This document shows, piece by piece, positions 51,942-64,000 of a stretch of 64,000 bases of DNA. The position numbers and the translations under genes were made by a program. This stretch comes from the human T2T-CHM13v2.0 reference genome, Homo sapiens, in the NCBI RefSeq assembly GCF_009914755.1, contig NC_060931.1. One strand, 5' to 3'. Numbering within the stretch: position 1 is the stretch's first letter; each line of letters begins with the position of its first letter. A model generated the notes under the pieces. It saw nothing but the letters and a program-made list of their open reading frames with translations. It was not told where the DNA came from and did no database searches.

Positions 51942-54900
51942 TTCAAAACTGCACTATCAAAAGAAAGGTTCAGCTCTGTGAGTTGAATGCACACATCTCA
52001 AAGAAGTTTCTGAGAATGGTTCTGTCTAGTTTTTATGTGAAGGTATTCGCGATTCCAATGAAGTCTTCAAAGCGCTTCAAATATCTAAATGCGGATTCTA
52101 CAAAAAGAGTGATTCAAAACTGGTCAATGAAAAGGAAGGTTCAGCTCTGTGAGTTGAACGCACACATCACAAAACGTTTCGGACAATGCTTCCATTTAGT
52201 TTTTAGGTGAAGATATTACCTTTTCAACCACAGCCTTCGAAACGCTCCAAATGTCCACTTGCAGATTCTACAAGAAGATTGTTTCCAGGCGGCTCTATCA
52301 AAAGAAATGTTCAACTATGGGAGTAGAATACACACATCACAAAGTCGTTTCTGAGAATGCTTCTGTCTAGTTTTTATGTGAAGATATTTCCTTTTCTACC
52401 AGAGGCCTGAAAGCGCTCCAAATATCCAATTGCAGATTCTACAAAAAGAGTGTTTCAAAGCTTCTCTATCAAAAGTAAGGGTCTGCTTTGTGAGTTGAAT
52501 GTACACATCAAAATGAAGTTTCTGATTATACTTCTGTCTACTTCTTATGGGAAGATATTTCCTTATCCGCAATGGTCCTCAAAGCCCTCGAAATGCCCAC
52601 TTGAAGATTCTTCGGAAAGACTGTATCAAAACTGCTCTATCAAAAGAAAGTTTCAACTTTGTGTGTAGAATGCACACATCACAAAGTCGTTTCTGAGAAT
52701 GCTTCTGTCTAGTTTTTATATGAAGATATTTCCTTTTCTACCATAAGCCTCAAAGCACTGCACATATGAACTGGCAGATTCTTTAAAAAGAGTGTTTCAA
52801 AACTGCTCTATCAAAACTGTTCTATCAACTCTGTGACATGAATGGACACATCACAAAGATGTTTCTGAGAATGCTTCTGTCTAGGTTTTAGGTGAAGATA
52901 TTCTCGTTTCCAAAGAATGCTTCAAAGAGTACTTAAATATCCGCCTGCAGATTCTACAAAAGGAGTGTTTCAAAACTGCTCTAACAAAAGAAAGGTTCAA
53001 CCTGGGAGTTGAATGCACACATCACAAAGAAGTTTCTGAGAATGGTTCTGTCTAGTTTTAATGCGAAGATATTCCCTTTTCCATCATAACCTTCAAAGCG
53101 CTCCAAATGTCCATTTGCAGATTTTAGAAACAGAGTGTTTCCAGACTGCTCTATCAAAAGAAATTTTCAACTATGGGAGTAGAATGCACACAACACAAAT
53201 TCGTTTCTGAGAATGCTTCTGTCTAGTTTTTATGTGAAGATATTTCCTTTTCTACCACAGGCATAAATGTGCTCCAAATATCCACTTGCAGATTCTAAAC
53301 AAAGAGTGTTTCAAAACTGCTGTATCAAAAGGAAGGTTCAATTCTGTGAGTTGAACGCACACATCACAAAGCAGTTTCTGAGAATGCTTCTGCTTAATTT
53401 TTAGTTTTAAGATATTCCCATTTCCAAAGAAGGCTTCAATTTGCTCCAAATATCCACTTGCAGATTGTACAAAAAGAGGGTTTCAAAACTGCTCTATCAA
53501 AAGGAAGGTTCAACTCTGTGAGATGAATCCACACATCACAAAGTCGTTTCTGAGAATGCTTCTGTCTAGTTTTTATGTGAAGATATTTCCTTTTCTACCA
53601 GAGGCCTGAAAGCGCTCCAAACATCCCATTGCAGATTCTACAAAAAGAGTGTTTCAAAACTTCTCTATCAAAAGTAAGGGTCTGCTTTGTGAGTTGAATG
53701 TACACATCAAAATGAAGTTTCTGATTATACTTCTGTCTACTTCTTATGGGAAGATATTTCCTTATCCGCAATGGTCCTCAAAGCCCTCGAAATGCCCACT
53801 TGAAGATTCTTCGGAAAGACTGTTTCAAAACTGCTCTATCAAAAGAAAGTTTCAACTTTGTGTGTAGAATGCACACATCACAAAGTCGTTTCTGAGAATG
53901 CTTCTGTCTAGTTTTTACAGGAAGATATTTCCTTTTCTACCATAAGCCTCAAAGCACTGCACATATGAACTGGCAGATTCTTTAAAAAGAGTGTTTCAAA
54001 ACTGCTCTATCAAAACTGTTCTATCAACTCTTTGAGATGAATGGACACATCACAAAGATGTTTCTGAGAATGCTTCTGTCTAGGTTTTAGGTGAAGATAT
54101 TCTCGTTTCCAAAGAATGCTTCAAAGAGTACTTAAATATCCGCCTGCAGATTCTACAAAAGGAGTGTTTCAAAACTGCTCTAACAAAAGAAAGGTTCAAC
54201 CTGGGAGTTGAATGCACACATCACAAAGAAGTTTCTGAGAATGCTTCTGTCTAGTTTTAATGCGAAGATATTCCCTTTTCCATCATAACCTTCAAAGCGC
54301 TCCAAATGTCCATTTGCAGATTTTAGAAACAGAGTGTTTCCAGACTGCTCTATCAAAAGAAATTTTCAACTATGGGAGTAGAATGCACACAACACAAATT
54401 CGTTTCTGAGAATGCTTCTGTCTAGTTTTTATGTGAAGATATTTCCTTTTCTACCACAGGCATAAATGTGCTCCAAATATCCACTTGCAGATTCTAAACA
54501 AAGAGTGTTTCAAAACTGCTGTATCAAAAGGAAGGTTCAATTCTGTGAGTTGAATGCACACATCACAAAGAAGTTTCTGAGAATGCTTCTGCCTAATTTT
54601 TAGATTTAAGATATTCCCATTTCCAAAGAAGGCTTCAATTTGCTCCAAATATCCACTTGCAGATTGTACAAAAAGAGGGTTTCAAAACTGCTCTATCAAA
54701 AGGAAGGTTCAACTCTGTGAGATGAATCCACACATCACAAAGTGGTTTCAGAGAATGCTTCTTTCTAGTTTTTAGGTGACGATATTCCCGTTTCCAATGT
54801 AGCACTCAAAGAGCTCCAAATATCCTCCTGCAGATTGTGCAAAAAGGGTGTTTCAAAACTGCTCTATCAAAAAGAAGCTTCAACTCTGTGAGTTGAATGC

Positions 54901-55874
54901 ACAAATCACAAAGAAGTTTCTGGGAATACTTCTGTCTATTTTTATGTGACGATACTCCCGTTTCCAAAGAAGGCTTCAAAGCACTCCAAATATCCACCTG
55001 CAGATTATAAAGGAAGAGTTTTTCAAAACTGCTCAATCCAAAGGAAGGTTCAGCTCCGTGAGTTCAATGCCCACATCACAAAGAAGTTTCTGAGAATGCT
55101 TCTGTCTGGTTTCAAGGGGAAGATATTCCCGTTTCCAACGAAGGCTTCAAAGCGCTCCAAATATCCACTTGCAGAGTCTACAAAAAGACTGTTTCAAAAC
55201 TGCTCTATAAAAGTAAGGTTGTACTTTGTTAGTTGAATGCACCCATCAAAATGAAGTTTCTGAGAACACTTCTGTCTACTTTTCATGTGAAGATAATTCC
55301 TTATCCACAATAGTCCCCAAAGCCCTCAAAATGCCCACTTGAAGATCCCTCAAAAAGACTGTTTCAAAACTGCAGTATCAGAAGGAAATTTCAACTATGT
55401 GAGTAGAATGCACACATCACAAAGTAGTTTCTGAGAATGCTTCTGTCTAGTTTTTATATGAAGATATTTCCTTTTCGACCTTAAGCCTCAAAGTGCTGCA
55501 ATTATGCACTTTCAGATTCTTCAAAAAGAGGGTTTCAAAACTGCTCCGGCAAAAGGAAGTTTCAACGCTGTGAGTTGAATGCACACATCACAAAGAAGTT
55601 TCTGAGAATGCTTCTGTCTAATTTTTATGTGAAGATAATCCTGTTTCCCAAGAAGGCTTCAAAGCACCCTAATATCCGCCTCCAGATTCTACAGAAAGAG
55701 TGTTTCAAAACTGCTCTATGAAAAGGAAGGTTCAACTCTGTGAGTTGAATGCAGACATCATAAAGGAGTTTCTGAGAATGCTTCTGTCTTGTTTTAATGT
55801 GAAGATATTTCCTTTTCAACCGATAGCCTAAAAGAGCTCCAAATGTCCAACTGCAGATTTTTTAAAAAGAATGT
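51942..55874 (-). repeat. Variant HOR, 23-mer (3933 bp = 16-mer + 7 extra monomers), copy 1
   Basis: The period jumps from 51938 to 55871. The m3-m10 segment occurs twice (52346-53544 and 53545-54743, 1199 bp each), with a hybrid m10/m3 monomer at ~53530-53545. Confidence 0.95.
55127..55143 (-). other. CENP-B box (intact)
   Basis: TCCCGTTTCCAACGAAG on +; 3933 bp after the previous box. Confidence 0.95.
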
Positions 55875-58800
55875 TTGAAAACTGCACTATCAAAAGAAAG
55901 GTTCAGCTCTGTGAGGTGAATGCACACATCTCAAAGAAGTTTCTGAGAATGGTTCTGTCTAGTTTTTATGTGAAGGTATTCGCGATTCCAATGAATTCTT
56001 CAAAGCGCTCCAAATATCTAAATGCGGATTCTACAAAAAGAGTGATTCAAAACTGGTCTATGAAAAGGAAGGTTCAGCTCTGTGAGTTGAACGCACACAT
56101 CACAAAACGTTTCGGACAATGCTTCCATTTAGTTTTTAGGTGAAGATATTACCTTTTCAACCACAGCCTTCGAAGCGCTCCAAATGTCCACTTGCAGATT
56201 CTACAAGAAGATTGTTTCCAGGCGGCTCTATCAAAAGAAATGTTCAACTATGGGAGTAGAATACACACATCACAAAGTCGTTTCTGAGAATGCTTCTGTC
56301 TAGTTTTTATGTGAAGATATTTCCTTTTCTACCAGAGGCCTGAAAGCGCTCCAAATATCCAATTGCAGATTCTACAAAAAGAGTGTTTCAAAGCTTCTCT
56401 ATCAAAAGTAAGGGTCTGCTTTGTGAGTTGAATGTACACATCAAAATGAAGTTTCTGATTATACTTCTGTCTACTTCTTATGGGAAGATATTTCCTTATC
56501 CGCAATGGTCCTCAAAGCCCTCGAAATGCCCACTTGAAGATTCTTCGGAAAGACTGTATCAAAACTGCTCTATCAAAAGAAAGTTTCAACTTTGTGTGTA
56601 GAATGCACACATCACAAAGTCGTTTCTGAGAATGCTTCTGTCTAGTTTTTATATGAAGATATTTCCTTTTCTACCATAAGCCTCAAAGCACTGCACATAT
56701 GAACTGGCAGATTCTTTAAAAAGAGTGTTTCAAAACTGCTCTATCAAAACTGTTCTATCAACTCTGTGACATGAATGGACACATCACAAAGATGTTTCTG
56801 AGAATGCTTCTGTCTAGGTTTTAGGTGAAGATATTCTCGTTTCCAAAGAATGCTTCAAAGAGTACTTAAATATCCGCCTGCAGATTCTACAAAAGGAGTG
56901 TTTCAAAACTGCACTAACAAAAGAAAGGTTCAACCTGGGAGTTGAATGCACACATCACAAAGAAGTTTCTGAGAATGGTTCTGTCTAGTTTTAATGCGAA
57001 GATATTCCCTTTTCCATCATAACCTTCAAAGCGCTCCAAATGTCCATTTGCAGATTTTAGAAACAGAGTGTTTCCAGACTGCTCTATCAAAAGAAATTTT
57101 CCACTATGGGAGTAGAATGCAGACAACACAAATTCGTTTCTGAGAATGCTTCTGTCTAGTTTTTATGTGAAGATATTTCCTTTTCTACCACAGGCATAAA
57201 TGTGCTCCAAATATCCACTTGCAGATTCTAAACAAAGAGTGTTTCAAAACTGCTGTATCAAAAGGAAGGTTCAATTCTGTGAGTTGAATGCGCACATCAC
57301 AAAGCAGTTTCTGAGAATGCTTCTGCTTAATTTTTAGTTTTAAGATATTCCCATTTCCAAAGAAGGCTTCAATTTGCTCCAAATATCCACTTGCAGATTG
57401 TACAAAAAGAGGGTTTCAAAACTGCTCTATCAAAAGGAAGGTTCAACTCTGTGAGATGAATCCACACATCACAAAGTCGTTTCTGAGAATGCTTCTGTCT
57501 AGTTTTTATGTGAAGATATTTCCTTTTCTACCAGAGGCCTGAAAGCGCTCCAAACATCCCATTGCAGATTCTACAAAAAGAGTGTTTCAAAACTTCTCTA
57601 TCAAAAGTAAGGGTCTGCTTTGTGAGTTGAATGTACACATCAAAATGAAGTTTCTGATTATACTTCTGTCTACTTCTTATGGGAAGATATTTCCTTATCT
57701 GCAATGGTCCTCAAAGCCCTCGAAATGCCCACTTGAAGATTCTTCGGAAAGACTGTTTCAAAACTGCTCTATCAAAAGAAAGTTTCAACTTTGTGTGTAG
57801 AATGCACACATCACAAAGTCGTTTCTGAGAATGCTTCTGTCTAGTTTTTACAGGAAGATATTTCCTTTTCTACCATAAGCCTCAAAGCACTGCACATATG
57901 AACTGGCAGATTCTTTAAAAAGAGTGTTTCAAAACTGCTCTATCAAAACTGTTCTATCAACTCTTTGAGATGAATGGACACATCACAAAGATGTTTCTGA
58001 GAATGCTTCTGTCTAGGTTTTAGGTGAAGATATTCTCGTTTCCAAAGAATGCTTCAAAGAGTACTTAAATATCCGCCTGCAGATTCTACAAAAGGAGTGT
58101 TTCAAAACTGCTCTAACAAAAGAAAGGTTCAACCTGGGAGTTGAATGCACACATCACAAAGAAGTTTCTGAGAATGCTTCTGTCTAGTTTTAATGCGAAG
58201 ATATTCCCTTTTCCATCATAACCTTCAAAGCGCTCCAAATGTCCATTTGCAGATTTTAGAAACAGAGTGTTTCCAGACTGCTCTATCAAAAGAAATTTTC
58301 AACTATGGGAGTAGAATGCACACAACACAAATTCGTTTCTGAGAATGCTTCTGTCTAGTTTTTATGTGAAGATATTTCCTTTTCTACCACAGGCATAAAT
58401 GTGCTCCAAATATCCACTTGCAGATTCTAAACAAAGAGTGTTTCAAAACTGCTGTATCAAAAGGAAGGTTCAATTCTGTGAGTTGAATGCACACATCACA
58501 AAGAAGTTTCTGAGAATGCTTCTGCCTAATTTTTAGATTTAAGATATTCCCATTTCCAAAGAAGGCTTCAATTTGCTCCAAATATCCACTTGCAGATTGT
58601 ACAAAAAGAGGGTTTCAAAACTGCTCTATCAAAAGGAAGGTTCAACTCTGTGAGATGAATCCACACATCACAAAGTGGTTTCAGAGAATGCTTCTTTCTA
58701 GTTTTTAGGTGACGATATTCCCGTTTCCAATGTAGCACTCAAAGAGCTCCAAATATCCTCCTGCAGATTGTGCAAAAAGGGTGTTTCAAAACTGCTCTAT

Positions 58801-59807
58801 CAAAAAGAAGCTTCAACTCTGTGAGTTGAATGCACAAATCACAAAGAAGTTTCTGGGAATACTTCTGTCTATTTTTATGTGACGATACTCCCGTTTCCAA
58901 AGAAGGCTTCAAAGCACTCCAAATATCCACCTGCAGATTATAAAGGAAGAGTTTTTCAAAACTGCTCAATCCAAAGGAAGGTTCAGCTCCGTGAGTTCAA
59001 TGCCCACATCACAAAGAAGTTTCTGAGAATGCTTCTGTCTGGTTTCAAGGGGAAGATATTCCCGTTTCCAACGAAGGCTTCAAAGCGCTCCAAATATCCA
59101 CTTGCAGAGTCTACAAAAAGACTGTTTCAAAACTGCTCTATAAAAGTAAGGTTGTACTTTGTTACTTGAATGCACCCATCAAAATGAAGTTTCTGAGAAC
59201 ACTTCTGTCTACTTTTCATGTGAAGATAATTCCTTATCCACAATAGTCCCCAAAGCCCTCAAAATGCCCACTTGAAGATCCCTCAAAAAGACTGTTTCAA
59301 AACTGCAGTATCAGAAGGAAATTTCAACTATGTGAGTAGAATGCACACATCACAAAGTAGTTTCTGAGAATGCTTCTGTCTAGTTTTTATATGAAGATAT
59401 TTCCTTTTCGACCTTAAGCCTCAAAGTGCTGCAATTATGCACTTTCAGATTCTTCAAAAAGAGGGTTTCAAAACTGCTCTGGCAAAAGGAAGTTTCAACG
59501 CTGTGAGTTGAATGCACACATCACAAAGAAGTTTCTGAGAATGCTTCTGTCTAATTTTTATGTGAAGATAATCCTGTTTCCCAAGAAGGCTTCAAAGCAC
59601 CCTAATATCCGCCTCCAGATTCTACAGAAAGAGTGTTTCAAAACTGCTCTATGAAAAGGAAGGTTCAACTCTGTGAGTTGAATGCAGACATCATAAAGGA
59701 GTTTCTGAGAATGCTTCTGTCTTGTTTTAATGTGAAGATATTTCCTTTTCAACCGATAGCCTAAAAGAGCTCCAAATGTCCAACTGCAGATTTTTTAAAA
59801 AGAATGT
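55875..59807 (-). repeat. Variant HOR, 23-mer (3933 bp), copy 2
   Basis: The period from 55871 to 59804 is 3933 bp. The same hybrid junction (gagatgaatccacacatcacaaagtcgtttctgag) is at ~57453-57487. Confidence 0.95.
59060..59076 (-). other. CENP-B box (intact)
   Basis: TCCCGTTTCCAACGAAG on +; 3933 bp after the previous box. Confidence 0.95.
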
Positions 59808-61793
59808 TTGAAAACTGCACTATCAAAAGAAAGGTTCAGCTCTGTGAGGTGAATGCACACATCTCAAAGAAGTTTCTGAGAATGGTTCTGTCTAGTTTTT
59901 ATGTGAAGGTATTCGCGATTCCAATGAATTCTTCAAAGCGCTCCAAATATCTAAATGCGGATTCTACAAAAAGAGTGATTCAAAACTGGTCTATGAAAAG
60001 GAAGGTTCAGCTCTGTGAGTTGAACGCACACATCACAAAACGTTTCGGACAATGCTTCCATTTAGTTTTTAGGTGAAGATATTACCTTTTCAACCACAGC
60101 CTTCGAAGCGCTCCAAATGTCCACTTGCAGATTCTACAAGAAGATTGTTTCCAGGCGGCTCTATCAAAAGAAATGTTCAACTATGGGAGTAGAATACACA
60201 CATCACAAAGTCGTTTCTGAGAATGCTTCTGTCTAGTTTTTATGTGAAGATATTTCCTTTTCTACCAGAGGCCTGAAAGCGCTCCAAATATCCAATTGCA
60301 GATTCTACAAAAAGAGTGTTTCAAAGCTTCTCTATCAAAAGTAAGGGTCTGCTTTGTGAGTTGAATGTACACATCAAAATGAAGTTTCTGATTATACTTC
60401 TGTCTACTTCTTATGGGAAGATATTTCCTTATCCGCAATGGTCCTCAAAGCCCTCGAAATGCCCACTTGAAGATTCTTCGGAAAGACTGTTTCAAAACTG
60501 CTCTATCAAAAGAAAGTTTCAACTTTGTGTGTAGAATGCACACATCACAAAGTCGTTTCTGAGAATGCTTCTGTCTAGTTTTTACAGGAAGATATTTCCT
60601 TTTCTACCATAAGCCTCAAAGCACTGCACATATGAACTGGCAGATTCTTTAAAAAGAGTGTTTCAAAACTGCTCTATCAAAACTGTTCTATCAACTCTGT
60701 GAGATGAATGGACACATCACAAAGATGTTTCTGAGAATGCTTCTGTCTAGGTTTTAGGTGAAGATATTCTCGTTTCCAAAGAATGCTTCAAAGAGTACTT
60801 AAATATCCGCCTGCAGATTCTACAAAAGGAGTGTTTCAAAACTGCTCTAACAAAAGAAAGGTTCAACCTGGGAGTTGAATGCACACATCACAAAGAAGTT
60901 TCTGAGAATGCTTCTGTCTAGTTTTAATGCGAAGATATTCCCTTTTCCATCATAACCTTCAAAGCGCTCCAAATGTCCATTTGCAGATTTTAGAAACAGA
61001 GTGTTTCCAGACTGCTCTATCAAAAGAAATTTTCCACTATGGGAGCAGAATGCAGACAACACAAATTCGTTTCTGAGAATGCTTCTGTCTAGTTTTTATG
61101 TGAAGATATTTCCTTTTCTACCACAGGCATAAATGTGCTCCAAATATCCACTTGCAGATTCTAAACAAAGAGTGTTTCAAAACTGCTGTATCAAAAGGAA
61201 GGTTCAATTCTGTGAGTTGAATGCACACATCACAAAGTAGTTTCTGAGAATGCTTCTGCCTAATTTTTAGATTTAAGCTATTCCCATTTCCAAAGAAGGC
61301 TTCAATGTGCTCCAAATATCCACTTGCAGAGTGTACAAAAAGAGGGTTTCAAAACTGCTCTATCAAAAGGAAGGTTCAACTCTGTGAGATGAATGCACAC
61401 ATCACAAAGTGGTTTCCGAGAATGTTTCTTTCTAGTTTTTAGGTGACGATATTCCCGTTTCCAATGTAGCACTCAAAGAGCTCCAAATATCCTCCTGCAG
61501 ATTGTGCAAAAAGGGTGTTTCAAAACTGCTCTATCAAAGAGAAGCTTCAACTCTGTGAGTTGAATGCACAAATCACAAAGAAGTTTCTGGGAATACTTCT
61601 GTCTATTTTTATGTGACGATACTCCCGTTTCCAAAGAAGGCTTCAAAGCACTCCAAATATCCACCTGCAGATTATAAAGGAAGAGTTTTTCAAAACTGTT
61701 CAATCCAAAGGAAGGTTCAGCTCCGCGAGTTCAATGCCCACATCACAAAGAAGTTTCTGAGAATGCTTCTGTCTGGTTTCAAGGGGAAGATAT

Positions 61794-61810
61794 TCCCGTT
61801 TCCAACGAAG
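61794..61810 (-). other. CENP-B box (intact)
   Basis: TCCCGTTTCCAACGAAG on +. Confidence 0.95.
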
Positions 61811-64000
61811 GCTTCTAAGCGCTCCAAACATCCACTTGCAGAGTCTACAAAAAGACTGTTTCAAAACTGCTCTATAAAAGTAAGGTTGTACTTTGTTAGT
61901 GGAATGCACCCATCAAAATGAAGTTTCTGAGAACACTTCTGTCTACTTTTCATGTGAAGATATTTCCTTATCCACAATAGTCCCCAAAGCCCTCAAAATG
62001 CCCACTTGAAGATCCCTCAAAAAGACTGTTTCAAAACTGCAGTATCAGAAGGAAATTTCAACTATGTGAGTAGAATGCACACATCACAAAGTAGTTTCTG
62101 AGAATGCTTCTGTCTAGTTTTTATATGAAGATATTTCCTTTTCGACCTTAAGCCTCAAAGTGCTGCAATTATGCACTTTCAGATTCTTCAAAAAGAGGGT
62201 TTCAAAACTGCTCTGGCAAAAGGAAGTTTCAACGCTGTGAGTTGAATGCACACATCACAAAGAAGTTTCTGAGAATGCTTCTGTCTAATTTTTATGTGAA
62301 GATAATCCTGTTTCCCAAGAAGGCTTCAAAGCACCCTAATATCCGCCTCCAGATTCTACAGAAAGAGTGTTTCAAAACTGCTCTAAGTAAAGGAAGGTTC
62401 AACTCTGTGAGTTGAATGCAGACATCATAAAGGAGTTTCTGAGAATGCTTCTGTCTTGTTTTAATGTGAAGATATTTCCTTTTCAACCGATAGCCTAAAA
62501 GAGCTCCAAATGTCCAACTGCAGATTTTTTAAAAAGAATGTTTCAAAACTGCACTATCAAAAGAAAGGTACAGCTCTGTGAGTTGAATGCACACATCTCA
62601 AAGAAGTTTCTGAGAATGGTTCTGTCTAGTTTTTATGTGAAGGTATTCGCGATTCCAATGAAGTCTTCAAAGCGCTCCAAATATCTAAATGCGGATTCTA
62701 CAAAAAGAGTGATTCAAAACTGGTCTATGAAAAGGAAGGTTCAGCTCTGTGAGTTGAACGCACACATCACAAAAAGTTTCGGACAATGCTTCCATTTAGT
62801 TTTTAGGTGAAGATATTACCTTTTCAACCACAGCCTTCAAAACGCTCCAAATGTCCACTTGCAGATTCTACAAGAAGATTGTTTCCAGGCGGCTCTATCA
62901 AAAGAAATGTTCAACTATGGGAGTAGAATACACACATCACAAAGTCGTTTCTGAGAATGCTTCTGTCTAGTTTTTATGTGAAGATATTTCCTTTTCTACC
63001 AGAGGCCTGAAAGCGCTCCAAATATCCAATTGCAGATTCTACAAAAAGAGTGTTTCAAAACTTCTCTATCAAAAGTAAGGGTCTGCTTTGTGAGTTGAAT
63101 GTACACATCAAAATGAAGTTTCTGATTATACTTCTGTCTACTTCTTATGGGAGGATATTTCCTTATCCGCAATGGTCCTCAAAGCCCTCGAAATGCCCAC
63201 TTGAAGATTCTTCGGAAAGACTGTTTCAAAACTGCTCTATCAAAAGAAAGTTTCAACTTTGTGTGTAGAATGCACACATCACAAAGTCGTTTCTGAGAAT
63301 GCTTCTGTCTAGTTTTTACAGGAAGATATTTCCTTTTCTACCATAAGCCTCAAAGCACTGCACATATGAACTGGCAGATTCTTTAAAAAGAGTGTTTCAA
63401 AACTGCTCTATCAAAACTGTTCTATGAACTCTGTGAGATGAATGGACACATCACAAAGATGTTTCTGAGAATGCTTCTGTCTAGGTTTTAGGTGAAGATA
63501 TTCTCGTTTCCAAAGAATGCTTCAAAGAGTACTTAAATATCCGCCTGCAGATTCTACAAAAGGAGTGTTTCAAAACTGCTCTAACAAAAGAAAGGTTCAA
63601 CCTGGGAGTTGAATGCACACATCACAAAGAAGTTTCTGAGAATGCTTCTGTCTAGTTTTAATGCGAAGATATTCCCTTTTCCATCATAACCTTCAAAGCG
63701 CTCCAAATGTCCATTTGCAGATTTTAGAAACAGAGTGTTTCCAGACTGCTCTATCAAAAGAAATTTTCCACTATGGGAGTAGAATGCAAACAACACAAAT
63801 TCGTTTCTGAGAATGCTTCTGTCTAGTTTTTATGTGAAGATATTTCCTTTTCTACCACAGGCATAAATGTGCTCCAAATATCCACTTGCAGATTCTAAAC
63901 AAAGAGTGTTTCAAAACTGCTGTATCAAAAGGAAGGTTCAATTCTGTGAGTTGAATGCACACATCACAAAGTAGTTTCTGAGAATGCTTCTGCCTAATTT

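Larger units (their letters stand above)
1..64000 (-). repeat. Alpha satellite higher-order repeat array, 16-mer of 2734 bp, about 22.5 copies; probably human chr7 D7Z2 (SF5-type, CENP-B-box-poor)
   Basis: Alphoid motifs (gtttcaaaactgctctatcaaaag, gtgagttgaatgcacacatcacaaag, gtttctgagaatgcttctgtctag) recur every ~171 bp. The same spurious ORF starts at 2731, 5464, 8198, 10932, 13666, 16400, 19134, 21866, 24600, 27334, 30068 ... 51938, 55871, 59804, 62538, giving a period of 2732-2734 bp and twice 3933 bp. The alphoid and 16-mer calls are certain. The D7Z2 name rests on recall (2.7-kb HindIII 16-mer, sparse CENP-B boxes), about 0.75. Confidence 0.98.

Noticed and set aside
42-63796. All 62-102 aa ORFs in the six-frame track (MFQNCTIKRK..., MTILPFPKK..., MEQIEAF..., MSSFEKL..., MKRKYLH...)
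   Set aside because: They are translations of alphoid monomers. They recur with the HOR period, overlap on both strands, often use GTG/TTG starts, and appear or vanish with single SNVs. No recognisable domain.
1-64000. CRISPR-like look of conserved motifs (gtttcaaaac, gtttctgagaatgcttctg) separated by variable sequence
   Set aside because: The intervening segments are homologous to one another and recur every 16 monomers. There are no unique spacers, leader or cas genes.
1-64000. Possible L1/Alu insertion, inversion or non-alphoid island
   Set aside because: All period changes are explained by 1-bp deletions or the 7-monomer repeat. Orientation is constant and I saw no poly-A tail or target-site duplication.
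1-64000. A previously undescribed gene-based biological system
   Set aside because: There is no coding or structured-RNA content to support one. What is unusual here is limited to satellite structure and evolution.

Overview
The whole 64 kb window is one uninterrupted, single-orientation array of primate (human-type) centromeric alpha satellite. The ~171-bp monomers form a 16-monomer higher-order repeat (HOR) of 2734 bp; a few copies are 2732-2733 bp because of single-base deletions. There are about 22.5 HOR copies, and the conventional alphoid strand is the minus strand. Each HOR has one intact CENP-B box, an irregular order of A-box and B-box monomers (SF5, R1/R2-like) and one HindIII site. 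From recall this best fits the chr7 D7Z2 (pMGB7, S5C7H2) 16-mer; that assignment is not verified by alignment. I saw no genes, RNA genes, transposons, inversions or CRISPR arrays, and all listed ORFs are satellite-translation artefacts. The informative structure is evolutionary: two tandem 23-monomer (3933-bp) variant HORs built on a hybrid monomer, a haplotype switch near 46.9 kb, a strongly divergent tract at ~15.75-17.4 kb, local expansions and two-HOR periodicities, one knocked-out CENP-B box, and relics of older duplications inside the 16-mer. I found no evidence of a novel gene system. Monomer numbers m1-m16 are my own, counted from position 1.
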